Source of the DNA: Pengzhenrongella frigida
GTDB taxonomy: Bacteria > Actinomycetota > Actinomycetes > Actinomycetales > Cellulomonadaceae
Direction of reading: 5' to 3'
Assembly (NCBI RefSeq): GCF_004168625.1
Contig: NZ_SDWW01000001.1
Span: 101,501-133,500, forward strand
DNA length: 32,000 nt
The notes beneath the pieces are model-generated. The model was not told where the DNA came from. It did not search any database and was given only the letters and a program-made list of their open reading frames with translations. Position numbers and translations under genes: made by a program. Below are positions 21,294 to 30,400 of the stretch, one piece after another. Numbering within the stretch: position 1 is the first letter of the stretch; each line of letters opens with the position of its first letter.

Positions 21294-23690
21294 GTGGCAC
21301 GGACGACGCCTGAAACGGGACAGCTGGGCAAGCGCTCGGAGCTGCTGGTCTCGAAGGGGTGGATCCAGGGCGTCGCCCTGGTGATGCTCTTCGGATTCTT
21401 CATCATGGGTCTGCTGGCCCTGCGCACGTACACCGACTCCATGCCCCAGCCCACGCAGGTGGTCGACTCCCAGGGCGAGGTCGTGTTCTCCGGTGCGGAC
21501 ATCACCGCCGGTCAGCAGATCTTCCTGCGCCGAGGCCTGCAGCAGTACGGCTCGATCGTGGGCCACGGCGGGTACCTCGGCCCGGACTACACCACCGACT
21601 ACCTGCGCCGCTCGTCGCTGTTCATCCTCGACGAGCTCACCGCCTCCGGCATCCAGGACCCTCGCGGCGAGCTGGTCAAGGTCATGCGGACCAACCGGTA
21701 CGACGCGGACACCGGGACCCTGGTGCTGACCGATCTGCAGGTGCGGGCGTTCGAGGACGTCAAGGGTCACTACGCGGACTTCTTCGGCTCGCCGACCACG
21801 CAGTACGGGTTGCTCCCGAACGTGATCACCAACCCCGCTGACATCAACCAGCTGACGGCGTTCTTCGCCTGGACCGCCTGGGGCGCCGCCGCCGAGCGCC
21901 CGGGGCACGACTACTCGTACACGAACAACTGGCCCCCCGAGAAGCTCGTCGACAACACCCCCACCGCCGACCTGCTCGTGTGGAGCGCGCTGTCCCTGGC
22001 CGCGCTGCTCCTGGGCACCGGGGTGCTGTTCGCCCTGTACGGCCGCTGGAGCAAGAGGATCGGCTGGCAGAACGCCGAGGCGCCGCCGTTGTCGTTCAGG
22101 CAGCCGGGCGAGGTCGCGGTGACTCCCGCCCAGCGGGCCACCGCCTGGTTCTTCTTCGTGGTCGCGCTGCTCTTCCTCGGCCAGGCGCTGCTCGGCGCCG
22201 CCGCCGAGCACTACCGCGCCGACCTCACCAGCTTCTTCGGCCTGGACCTCGCGCGGATCCTGCCGTTCAACATGGCCCGCACCTGGCACGTCCAGCTGTC
22301 CCTGTTCTGGACCGCGGCGTCGTTCCTGGCCGCCGGGATCTTCATCGCCCCGTACGTCTCGGGCCGCGAACCCAAACGACAGCACTGGTTGGCGTACGGC
22401 CTGCTCGGTGCCATCGCGCTGGTCGTCGTCGGCTCCATGACCGGCGAGGCGCTGAGCATCTTCGGCGTCGAGTGGGCCAAGGGTTCCCCGCTGTGGGACC
22501 AGCAGTGGGAGTACCTCGACCTGCCCAAGGTCTGGCAGGGCCTGCTGACCGTCGGGATGTTCTTGTGGATCGCGATCATCTACCGCGGGATCCGCGCCCG
22601 GCTGAAGACCGAGAACCGGGCGAACCTGCCCTGGCTCTTCTTCTACTCGGGCCTGGCCATCCCCGGCTTCTACGCCGTCGGCATGCTGGCCGGCACCGAG
22701 ACCCAGCTGACGGTCGCCGAGTTCTGGCGCTTCTGGGTCGTCCACCTGTGGGTGGAGGACTTCCTGGAGCTCTTCACGACCGTGATGGTGGCGTACATCT
22801 TCGTCATGCTCGGCGTGATCCGCCGCCAGATCGCGATGACGATCATCTTCCTCGACGTCATCCTGTACTCCGCCGGTGGCGTCATCGGCACCATGCACCA
22901 CCTGTACTTCTCCGGCACGCCGGTCGAGCACATGGCCCTGGGGTCGGTCTTCTCCGCCCTGGAGATCATCCCGCTGACGTTCCTGACCATCGAGGCGTGG
23001 AGCTTCCTCCAGCTCGGAGCGCGACAGCAGTCGCGCAGCGCAGCTCCTTTCCCGCACCGGTGGGCGGTGATGTTCCTGGTCGCCGTCGGATTCTGGAACT
23101 TCCTCGGCGCCGGGGTGTTCGGGTTCCTGCTCAACCTGCCGATCGTGTCCTACTACGAGATCGGCACGGCGCTGACGGCCAACCACGCCCACGGTTCGAT
23201 GATGGGCGTCTACGGGATGATGGGCGTGGGCCTGTCCCTGTTCGCGCTGCGGTACCTGATCCCCGCACGCCGCTGGCCCGACCGGCTCGCGAAGATCTCG
23301 TTCTGGTCGCTCAACATCGGCCTGGCCTGGATGGTCTTCGCCACCCTGCTGCCGCTCGGCATCATCCAGCTGTGGCACTCCGTCAACGACGGGTACTACG
23401 AGGCCCGCTCGCTGGCGTTCATCAACACCCCGGGGAACGCCGTCCTGGAGTGGCTGCGGATGCCCGGCGACCTCATCTTCATCGGCGGTGGCGTGCTGCC
23501 GTTCCTGTGGATCACCTGGCTCGGGGTGCGGTACCGGATCACGGCGACCACGCACGTCGTGCCGCAGGAGACGCTCTTCGTCGAAGAGGTCCCGGTCGCG
23601 GTGGGAGCCGGCGACCCGCTGACCCCGAAGTACGGGTCGGACGGCCGTACCGACCGCGACGGCGGGCAGGGCCTGGACCGGGAGCCCTGA
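21294..23690 (+). CDS. norB: Quinol-dependent nitric oxide reductase (qNOR, single-subunit NorB/NorZ type)
   Basis: The 798-aa product has the N-terminal qNOR extension (GWIQGVALVMLFGFFIMG...ITAGQQIFLRRGLQQYGSIVGHGGYLGPDYT). This is followed by a heme-copper oxidase subunit I-like 12-TM core with conserved His (HHLYF, HAHGSMMG). Confidence 0.92.
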   Translation: MARTTPETGQLGKRSELLVSKGWIQGVALVMLFGFFIMGLLALRTYTDSMPQPTQVVDSQGEVVFSGADITAGQQIFLRRGLQQYGSIVGHGGYLGPDYTTDYLRRSSLFILDELTASGIQDPRGELVKVMRTNRYDADTGTLVLTDLQVRAFEDVKGHYADFFGSPTTQYGLLPNVITNPADINQLTAFFAWTAWGAAAERPGHDYSYTNNWPPEKLVDNTPTADLLVWSALSLAALLLGTGVLFALYGRWSKRIGWQNAEAPPLSFRQPGEVAVTPAQRATAWFFFVVALLFLGQALLGAAAEHYRADLTSFFGLDLARILPFNMARTWHVQLSLFWTAASFLAAGIFIAPYVSGREPKRQHWLAYGLLGAIALVVVGSMTGEALSIFGVEWAKGSPLWDQQWEYLDLPKVWQGLLTVGMFLWIAIIYRGIRARLKTENRANLPWLFFYSGLAIPGFYAVGMLAGTETQLTVAEFWRFWVVHLWVEDFLELFTTVMVAYIFVMLGVIRRQIAMTIIFLDVILYSAGGVIGTMHHLYFSGTPVEHMALGSVFSALEIIPLTFLTIEAWSFLQLGARQQSRSAAPFPHRWAVMFLVAVGFWNFLGAGVFGFLLNLPIVSYYEIGTALTANHAHGSMMGVYGMMGVGLSLFALRYLIPARRWPDRLAKISFWSLNIGLAWMVFATLLPLGIIQLWHSVNDGYYEARSLAFINTPGNAVLEWLRMPGDLIFIGGGVLPFLWITWLGVRYRITATTHVVPQETLFVEEVPVAVGAGDPLTPKYGSDGRTDRDGGQGLDREP

Positions 23691-24439
23691 TGGGCGACGT
23701 CGAGATCACGGTCTGGCTCGCGTGCGGCTACGCGATCTTCCTGCTCCTGGTCGCCTTCGTGCTGGACCTCAGCGCCCGGCACGCGGCGACCCGGACCCAG
23801 GCCTGGCGATCGGGCACGTTCACCTACCAGGAGGACCACGACGCCTGGGTGTGCGAGGAGGACCAGTGGCTGTGGCCGATGTCCTTCGACCCGGACAGCC
23901 GGGTGATGCGCTACCGGGCCAACCCGAAGGCCTGCAACGCCTGCCCGAACAGCTGCACGACCTCGGAGCTCGGCCGCGAGGTCACCCGCAACGTGGACCC
24001 CTGGCCGAGCTCCGAGGTCGAACGGTTCCACCGGGGCATCGCGTGCGCGGTCGTGGTCCTGGCGGTCATCTGGCCGCTGGCAACCATGATCGGCTCGCGG
24101 ACCCCGGCCGAGCTCGCGGTGCTGGCCGGGGCCGCGCTGGGCGTCTCGGCGGCCAGCTGGCCGCTGTGGTCGCACCTGCACCGCACGCCGGCGCGGTTCC
24201 CGGGGCACATCAAGTCCGAGACGGTGGACCAGGCGATGGACGCCCGGTCCGCCGCGGTCGCCGCCGCGGCCCTGCGTCCGATCGTCTACCGCAGCGACCG
24301 GCGCGCCGCGGGCAGCGGCCCGGTGCCGGTGACGATCGCCGCACGAAGCGCGTTCGCCACCCGATGGGGCGCGTTCGAGAACCCGGCGGCGGGCGACCCC
24401 CCGCTGCCGTCCAGATCGAGCAGGACGGACAACCCATGA
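23690..24439 (+). CDS. Membrane protein with a Cys cluster (C55-x26-C82-x2-C85-x3-C89), unknown function, coupled to norB
   Basis: This is the C-terminal 249 aa of ORF 21980..24439. Its ATG at 23690 shares one base with the norB TGA. It has three TM segments and WVCEEDQWLWP...KACNACPNSC. Confidence 0.65.
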   Translation: MGDVEITVWLACGYAIFLLLVAFVLDLSARHAATRTQAWRSGTFTYQEDHDAWVCEEDQWLWPMSFDPDSRVMRYRANPKACNACPNSCTTSELGREVTRNVDPWPSSEVERFHRGIACAVVVLAVIWPLATMIGSRTPAELAVLAGAALGVSAASWPLWSHLHRTPARFPGHIKSETVDQAMDARSAAVAAAALRPIVYRSDRRAAGSGPVPVTIAARSAFATRWGAFENPAAGDPPLPSRSSRTDNP

Positions 24440-25296
24440 CTGCGTTGCTGTGGATTCTGGTGGCGATCGGGCTCGTCGGCCTCGTCGTCATGGCGATCTC
24501 GACGAAGGTGATCCAGGAGTACCAGCGCGGTGTGGCCTTTCGGCTGGGTCGGCTGCGAGAGCCGCTCGAGCCCGGGGTGCGGCTGATCTTCCCGGGGATC
24601 GACAAGATGGTGCGGGTCGACCTGCGGGTCGTCACGCTGACGATCCCGCCGCAGGAGGTCATCACCAAGGACAACGTCCCGGCCCGGGTCAACGCCGTCG
24701 TGCTGTTCAAGGTCGTCGATCCGGTCCGCTCCGTGATGGCGGTCGAGAACCACGCCGTCGCCACCTCCCAGATCGCGCAGACCACCCTGCGCTCCGTGGT
24801 CGGACGAGCGGACCTGGACACGCTGCTCGCCCACCGCGCCGACATCAACGAAGACCTCGCCCGCACGATCGACAGCCAGACCGAGCCCTGGGGCGTCCAG
24901 GTCCAGGTGGTGGAGATCAAGGACGTCGAGATCCCGCAGGCGATGCAGCGGGCGATGGCCCGCGAGGCCGAGGCCGAACGCGAGCGACGCGCCAAGATCA
25001 TCAACGCCCGCGGTGAGCTGCAGGCCTCCGAGGAGCTCAGCCAGGCCGCCGAGACCCTCAGCCGCAACCCGGCGTCCCTGCAGCTGCGCTACCTGCAGAC
25101 GCTGCTCGAGCTCGGCGCCGACCACAACTCCACGGTCGTCTTCCCGATCCCGATCGACATCATCGGCCCGTTCCTCGGCAAGCTCCCGCAGATCATCGAC
25201 AAGTTCACCGAGCCCGCGGCGAGCCACGCAGCCCCGGGCCCCACCGAGGCAGCAGCATCCGCCGCCAGCAGCAATGGAAGGACGCAGCATGAGTGA
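24436..25296 (+). CDS. SPFH/Band 7 (stomatin-like, slipin) family protein
   Basis: This is the last 286 aa of ORF 23722..25296. It has an N-terminal TM segment, then VIQEYQRGVAFRLGRL...ITKDNVPARVNAVVLFKVVDP...VEIKDVEIPQAMQRAMAREAEAERERRAKII. It has an ATGA overlap with the upstream gene. Confidence 0.9.
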   Translation: MTALLWILVAIGLVGLVVMAISTKVIQEYQRGVAFRLGRLREPLEPGVRLIFPGIDKMVRVDLRVVTLTIPPQEVITKDNVPARVNAVVLFKVVDPVRSVMAVENHAVATSQIAQTTLRSVVGRADLDTLLAHRADINEDLARTIDSQTEPWGVQVQVVEIKDVEIPQAMQRAMAREAEAERERRAKIINARGELQASEELSQAAETLSRNPASLQLRYLQTLLELGADHNSTVVFPIPIDIIGPFLGKLPQIIDKFTEPAASHAAPGPTEAAASAASSNGRTQHE

Positions 25297-25552
25297 GGAC
25301 CACAGCCCCGCTGCCCATCCGGACCCGAGCCGGGGGGTCAGATCGATCATCCTCGGCTCCTTGCTCGCGGTCCTCGCCCCCCTCGGCGGATTCCTGGGCG
25401 GCAGCATGGCGGGCACGTCGGGCCCCCTGGACGACGTCGACCCGCTGGTCGTCTGGCTCGTCGTCGGCATGGTCATCGGCGGGATCGGGGTAGCCATCGC
25501 CGTGCGGGGCGGGCTGCTGTGGGTGCGCGCGAACTACTCCCGAGCGGGGTGA
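25289..25552 (+). CDS. Small (87 aa) two-TM membrane protein, unknown function
   Basis: This is the last 87 aa of ORF 25013..25552. The ATG at 25289 is preceded by GGAAGGA and overlaps the SPFH gene by 8 nt. Confidence 0.55.
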   Translation: MSEDHSPAAHPDPSRGVRSIILGSLLAVLAPLGGFLGGSMAGTSGPLDDVDPLVVWLVVGMVIGGIGVAIAVRGGLLWVRANYSRAG

Positions 25553-25561
25553 GTCGCGCGC

Positions 25562-26020
25562 TCAGGCGACGGGGATGGCGGGCGAACCGAGCGTGAGTGG
25601 CGTCGACGCGAGCCGCGGCTGATGCGCCAGCGAGGCGACCACGACGTCGTCCAGCTCGGAGTAGAACGCCGACCGGGCCCGGCCCAACGCCCCGCGCAGG
25701 CCGCAGCCGTCGAGCAGCGGGCAGTTGCCGGCGGGCGTCTCGCAGTCGGCGACGTCGGTTCGCCGCTCGAACGTGCGCAGCACCCAGCCCACCGTGACCT
25801 GCCGGCCGGCGGGGCTGATCCGCACCCCGCCGGAGCGGCCGCGGGTGACCTCGATCAGGTCGAGCTCCCGGAGCCGAGCGACGATCTTCGTCACGTGGTG
25901 GTAGGGCGTTCCGACCTGGACGGAGATGGCCTTGGACGTCATGACGTCCGCCCCGCCCGGTGCGGCGGCGAGCAGGATCAGGACCCGCAGGGAGACGTCC
26001 GAGAAAGCGTTGATCCGCAT
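25562..26020 (-). CDS. nsrR: Rrf2 family [Fe-S] regulator, NsrR-like
   Basis: The 152-aa product has the Rrf2 wHTH (MTSKAISVQVGTPYHHVTKIVARLRELDLIEVTRGRSGGVRI). It has three clustered Cys, CETPAGNCPLLDGC. Its context is divergent from narK-narGH and next to the norB operon. Confidence 0.75.
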   Translation of the reverse strand: MRINAFSDVSLRVLILLAAAPGGADVMTSKAISVQVGTPYHHVTKIVARLRELDLIEVTRGRSGGVRISPAGRQVTVGWVLRTFERRTDVADCETPAGNCPLLDGCGLRGALGRARSAFYSELDDVVVASLAHQPRLASTPLTLGSPAIPVA

Positions 26021-26037
26021 GCTCGAAGGATAGGGCC

Positions 26038-26064
26038 AAAACTTGCATTTGAGGTGCTAGTTTT
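26038..26064. promoter_or_regulatory. AT-rich palindrome AAAACTTGCA-tttgagg-TGCTAGTTTT (candidate NsrR operator)
   Basis: The inverted arms match at 9 of 10 bp. It is centred in the 100-bp nsrR/narK divergent region. It can also be read as 11-1-11 (AACTTGCATTT g AGGTGCTAGTT). That reading resembles the AAGATGCATTT half-site I recall for NsrR. Confidence 0.45.
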
Positions 26065-26120
26065 CTCCTGGCGCGCCTCTCACCCTGACGGGGCGACACC
26101 CCGACGAAGTGAGGCTCACG

Positions 26121-27404
26121 ATGGCCGAGGGTCAAGGACGACTCGAGGGGCAGGGCTCGAGCCCGCTCGCAGCAACCACGCCCGGAAGCCCCACGCCGGC
26201 CGGCGACCAGTCGCCGTCGGCCACCCCGGCCCTCGCGAGCCGGATGCTCGTGCTCGCCATGCTCGGCTTCATGGTGAACTTCTGGGCCTGGGCCCTGATC
26301 AGCCCGCTCGGCGCCGCCTATCGCGACCAGCTCGGCCTGACCGTCTTCCAGCAAGCGGTCCTCGTGGCCGTCCCGGTCATCGTCGGGTCGCTCGGCCGGA
26401 TCCCGGTCGGGGCGCTGACGGACCGGGTCGGGGCGCGGATCATGTTCCCCGCCATCAGCATCCTGACCGTCCTGCCGGTGCTCTACGTCGGGCTGGTCGC
26501 CGAGAGCTTCGCGGCGATGCTGGTCGGCGGGTTCTTCCTCGGGCTGGGCGGCACCGCGTTCGCGATCGGGGTCCCGCTGGTCAACTCCTGGTACCCGCCC
26601 GTGCGCCGGGGTACCGCGCTGGGGATCTTCGGGATCGGCATGGGCGGCACGGCGATCTCCGCATTCACCACCGTCCGGCTGACCGACAGCCTCGGCCCCG
26701 AGGCGCCGTTCCTCATCGTGGCCGGCGTGCTGACGGTGTACGCGATCGTCTCGGCGCTGCTGATCCGCGACGCCCCCGGGCGCGTCCGTCCGACCGGCTC
26801 CTTCCTGGCCCGGACCTGGGCGACCGCCAAGATCCCCGCCACGGCCCAGCTGTCGTTCGTGTACGCGGTGGGCTTCGGCGGGTTCGTCGCGTTCAGCGTG
26901 TACCTGCCGACCTACCTGATCAACGCGTTCGACCTGGTGCCGAACGACGCCGCGATGCGCACCGCCGGGTTCGTGGTGCTGGCCGTCGCGGCTCGTCCGG
27001 TCGGCGGCTGGCTCTCCGACCGGTACAACCCGGTGAGCGTGCTCGTCGTGGACTTCACCGCGGCGGCGGTCCTGGCCGGCCTGGCCGCGCTCGAGCTGCC
27101 CCTGGTCCCGGTCGGCACGATCGCGTTCCTCGGCCTCGCCGCGGCGCTGGGCTCGTCCGCCGGGGCGACGTTCGCGCTCGTGGCGATCCTCGCGCCGAAG
27201 ACCAAGGTGGGTGCGGTCACGGGCATCGTCGGCGCCGCCGGTGGGCTCGGCGGCTTCGTGCCGCCGCTGGTGATGGGCGCCGTCTTCAGCGCCGTCGGCG
27301 ACTACTCCATCGGACTCGCCCTGCTCGCCGTAGTCTCGTTGAGCGCGGCGCTGTTCACCCGCGGCCCCCTGCGGCGCTCCGCCCGGGCGGTCGCGACCGT
27401 CTAG
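26121..27404 (+). CDS. narK: MFS nitrate/nitrite transporter (NarK/NasA family)
   Basis: This is ORF 26109..27404, with the start preferred at the ATG at 26121 (GAGG 6 nt upstream). It carries FMVNFWAWALISPLG...GSLGRIPVGALTDRVGAR...GLGGTAFAIGVPLVNSWYPPVRRGTALGIFGIGMGGTA, the NarK signature glycine-rich motifs. Confidence 0.88.
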   Translation: MAEGQGRLEGQGSSPLAATTPGSPTPAGDQSPSATPALASRMLVLAMLGFMVNFWAWALISPLGAAYRDQLGLTVFQQAVLVAVPVIVGSLGRIPVGALTDRVGARIMFPAISILTVLPVLYVGLVAESFAAMLVGGFFLGLGGTAFAIGVPLVNSWYPPVRRGTALGIFGIGMGGTAISAFTTVRLTDSLGPEAPFLIVAGVLTVYAIVSALLIRDAPGRVRPTGSFLARTWATAKIPATAQLSFVYAVGFGGFVAFSVYLPTYLINAFDLVPNDAAMRTAGFVVLAVAARPVGGWLSDRYNPVSVLVVDFTAAAVLAGLAALELPLVPVGTIAFLGLAAALGSSAGATFALVAILAPKTKVGAVTGIVGAAGGLGGFVPPLVMGAVFSAVGDYSIGLALLAVVSLSAALFTRGPLRRSARAVATV

Positions 27405-27453
27405 CTCGACCGGACCGCCAGCTCGACCGGAAAGCCAGCTCGACCGGAACGCT
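27403..27453. repeat. 17-bp x3 tandem direct repeat (AGCTCGACCGGA + 5 variable nt) between narK and narG
   Basis: The units are 27403-19, 27420-36 and 27437-53, each with an invariant 12-nt core. A degenerate extra TCGACCG follows at 27454-60. The array starts inside the narK stop codon and ends 36 nt before the narG GTG. Confidence 0.85.
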
Positions 27454-27488
27454 TCGACCGTCGAACTTCTCGAAAGAGGGACCCGCTC

Positions 27489-30400
27489 GTGACACTGCAG
27501 AACAACCCGCCGAAGCCCGCCTCCCGGATGGACGACGACGTCACCGAGGCCCTGCTCAAGACCCGGCGGTTCTTCCAGAAGAAGGAGGTGTCGCCCGACC
27601 TGCGCACGCTGCACCAGATCGGGGGGCGCGACGCCGACACGTTCTACCGCGACCGGTGGAGCCACGACAAGGTGGTCCGTTCGACGCACGGGGTCAACTG
27701 CACCGGGTCCTGCTCGTGGAAGGTGTACGTCAAGGACGGCATCATCACCTGGGAGACCCAGCAGACCGACTACCCCTCGACCGGCCCGGACCGCCCCGAG
27801 TACGAGCCCCGGGGCTGCCCGCGCGGGGCCGCGTTCTCCTGGTACACCTACTCCCCCACCCGCGTGCGCTACCCCTACGTGCGCGGGGTGCTGCTGGAGA
27901 TGTACCGCGAGGCGCGTGCCCGCCTGGGTGAGCCGGTCGCCGCGTGGGCCGACATCATGGCCGACCCGGTCCGCTCGGCGCGCTACAAGGCGGCCCGCGG
28001 CAAGGGCGGGCTGGTGCGCGCGACCTGGGACGAGGCCACCGAGATGATCGCCGCGGCCCACGTGCACACCATCAAGGAGCACGGCCCGGACCGGATCGCC
28101 GGGTTCTCCCCGATCCCCGCGATGTCGATGGTGTCCCACGGGGTCGGGTCGCGGTTCTACTCGCTGCTCGGCGGCGCGATGCTGTCGTTCTACGACTGGT
28201 ACGCCGACCTGCCGGTCGCCTCCCCGCAGGTGTTCGGCGACCAGACCGACGTGCCGGAGTCCGGCGACTGGTGGGACGCGGGCTACCTGATCATGTGGGG
28301 CTCCAACGTCCCGGTGACCCGCACCCCCGACGCGCACTGGATGGTCGAGGCGCGGTACCGCGGCCAGAAGGTCATCGCCGTCTCCCCCGACTACGCCGAC
28401 AACGTCAAGTTCGCCGACGAGTGGCTCGCCCCCGCCCCCGGCACGGACGGCGCGCTCGCGATGGCCATGGGGCACGTGGTGCTCAAGGAGTTCTTCGTCG
28501 ACCGCACCACGGAGTACTTCGACGGGTACGTGCGCAAGTTCACCGACCTGCCGTTCCTGGTCACCCTCGAGCAGCAGGGCGACCACTACGTCCCGGCCAA
28601 GTTCCTCACCGCGGCCGACCTCGGCGAACGCAGTGAGCACGCCGAGTTCAAGACCGTGCTGCTCGACGACGCGACCGGCGAGGCCGTCGTGCCGAACGGC
28701 TCGCTGGGCTTCCGCTACGGCACCGAGGGCGAGGGCAAGTGGAACCTCGACCTCGGCGACACCGTCCCGCGCCTGAGCGCCGACGGGGCCGGCAGCGGCG
28801 TCGCGGCGATCGACCTGCCGCGGTTCGACGCCGTCGACGGGTCCGCCGCGGTGATCGCCCGCGGCGTGCCGACCCGCGTGGTCGGCGGCCACCTCGTGAC
28901 CACCGTGTTCGACCTGCTCCTGGCCCAGTACGGCGTCGGCCGCCCGGGCCTGCCCGGCACCTGGGCGACCGGGTACGACGACGCCTCCAGCCCGTGCACC
29001 CCGGCGTGGCAGGAGACCATCACCGGTGTCCCGGCAGCGAAGGCCGAACGGATCGGCCGGGAGTTCGCGGCCAACGCCGAGGAGTCCAAGGGTCGCTCGA
29101 TGATCATCATGGGCGCCGGGGTGAACCACTGGTTCCACGCCGACACGATCTACCGCGCCTTCCTCACGCTCACCACGCTGTGCGGCACGCAGGGCGTCAA
29201 CGGCGGCGGCTGGGCGCACTACGTCGGGCAGGAGAAGGTCCGCCCGCTGACCGGCTTCAACCAGTACGCGAACGCGCTCGACTGGTCGCGGCCGCCGCGG
29301 CACATGATCCAGACCGCGTACTGGTACCTGCACTCCGACCAGTACCGCTACGACACGTTCAGCGCGGACGCGCTCGCCTCCGGCAAGGCCAAGGGCATGT
29401 TCTCCGGCATGGCGATGGTCGACGTGCTGGCCAAGTCCGCCCGGCTGGGCTGGATGCCGTCGTACCCGACGTTCGACCGCAGCTCGCTCACCCTGGCCGA
29501 CGACGCCGACGCCGCCGGGGTCCCGGTGGACCAGTACGTCCCCGCGGCGCTCAAGGACGGCTCGCTGAAGTTCGCCGGCGAGGACCCCGACGCGCCGACC
29601 AACTACCCGCGCCTGCTCACGGTCTGGCGCTCGAACCTGCTGGGCAGCTCGGGCAAGGGCAACGAGTACTTCCTCAAGCACCTGCTCGGCACCGACCACG
29701 CCGTGCGCGCGACCGAGGCCGAGGCGGTCAACCGCCCGCGCGACGTCACCTGGCGCGACGACGCCCCGATCGGCAAGCTCGACCTGCTGCTCACCCTCGA
29801 CTTCCGGATGACCAGCACCACGCTGTTCTCCGACATCGTGCTGCCGGCCGCCACCTGGTACGAGAAGTACGACCTGTCCAGCACCGACATGCACCCCTTC
29901 GTGCACTCGTTCAACCCCGCCATCGCCCCGCCGTGGCAGACCCGCACCGACTTCGACGCGTTCCACACGATCGCCAAGGCGTTCTCGGCCATGGCGACCG
30001 AGCACCTCGGCGTCCGCAAGGACGTCGTGGCGATGCCCCTGCTGCACGACACTCCCGACGCGATGGCGACGCCGTCGGGCCGGGTCCTGGACTGGAAGTT
30101 CGGCGAGTGCGAGCCCATCCCGGGCAAGACCATGCCCAAGCTCGTCGTCGTCGAGCGCGACTACGGCGCCGTCGCGGAGAAGCTCGGGGCGCTCGGCCCG
30201 CTGGCCGACACCCTCGGGGCGACCACCAAGGGGATCACCTACGACCTGACCAAGCCGATCGAGTACCTGGGCCACAAGAACGGCCGGATCCGCGGCGGCG
30301 TCGCGGACGGTCGCCCGTCGCTGCAGCGCGACATCCACGTGTGCGAGTCGATCCTGGCGCAGTCGGGCACCACGAACGGTCACCTGGCCACCGCGGGCTT

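Noticed and set aside
21103-21300. A 65-aa minus-strand ORF lies in the norB upstream region.
   Set aside because: It is Arg-rich and low in complexity, has no RBS, and overlaps the regulatory palindromes and the norB start. It is most likely non-coding.
21252-23555. A 767-aa minus-strand ORF lies antisense to norB. The 819-aa plus-strand ORF 21980..24439 is also in this region.
   Set aside because: These are shadow ORFs. Only the last 249 codons of the 21980 frame, after the norB stop, are kept as a gene.
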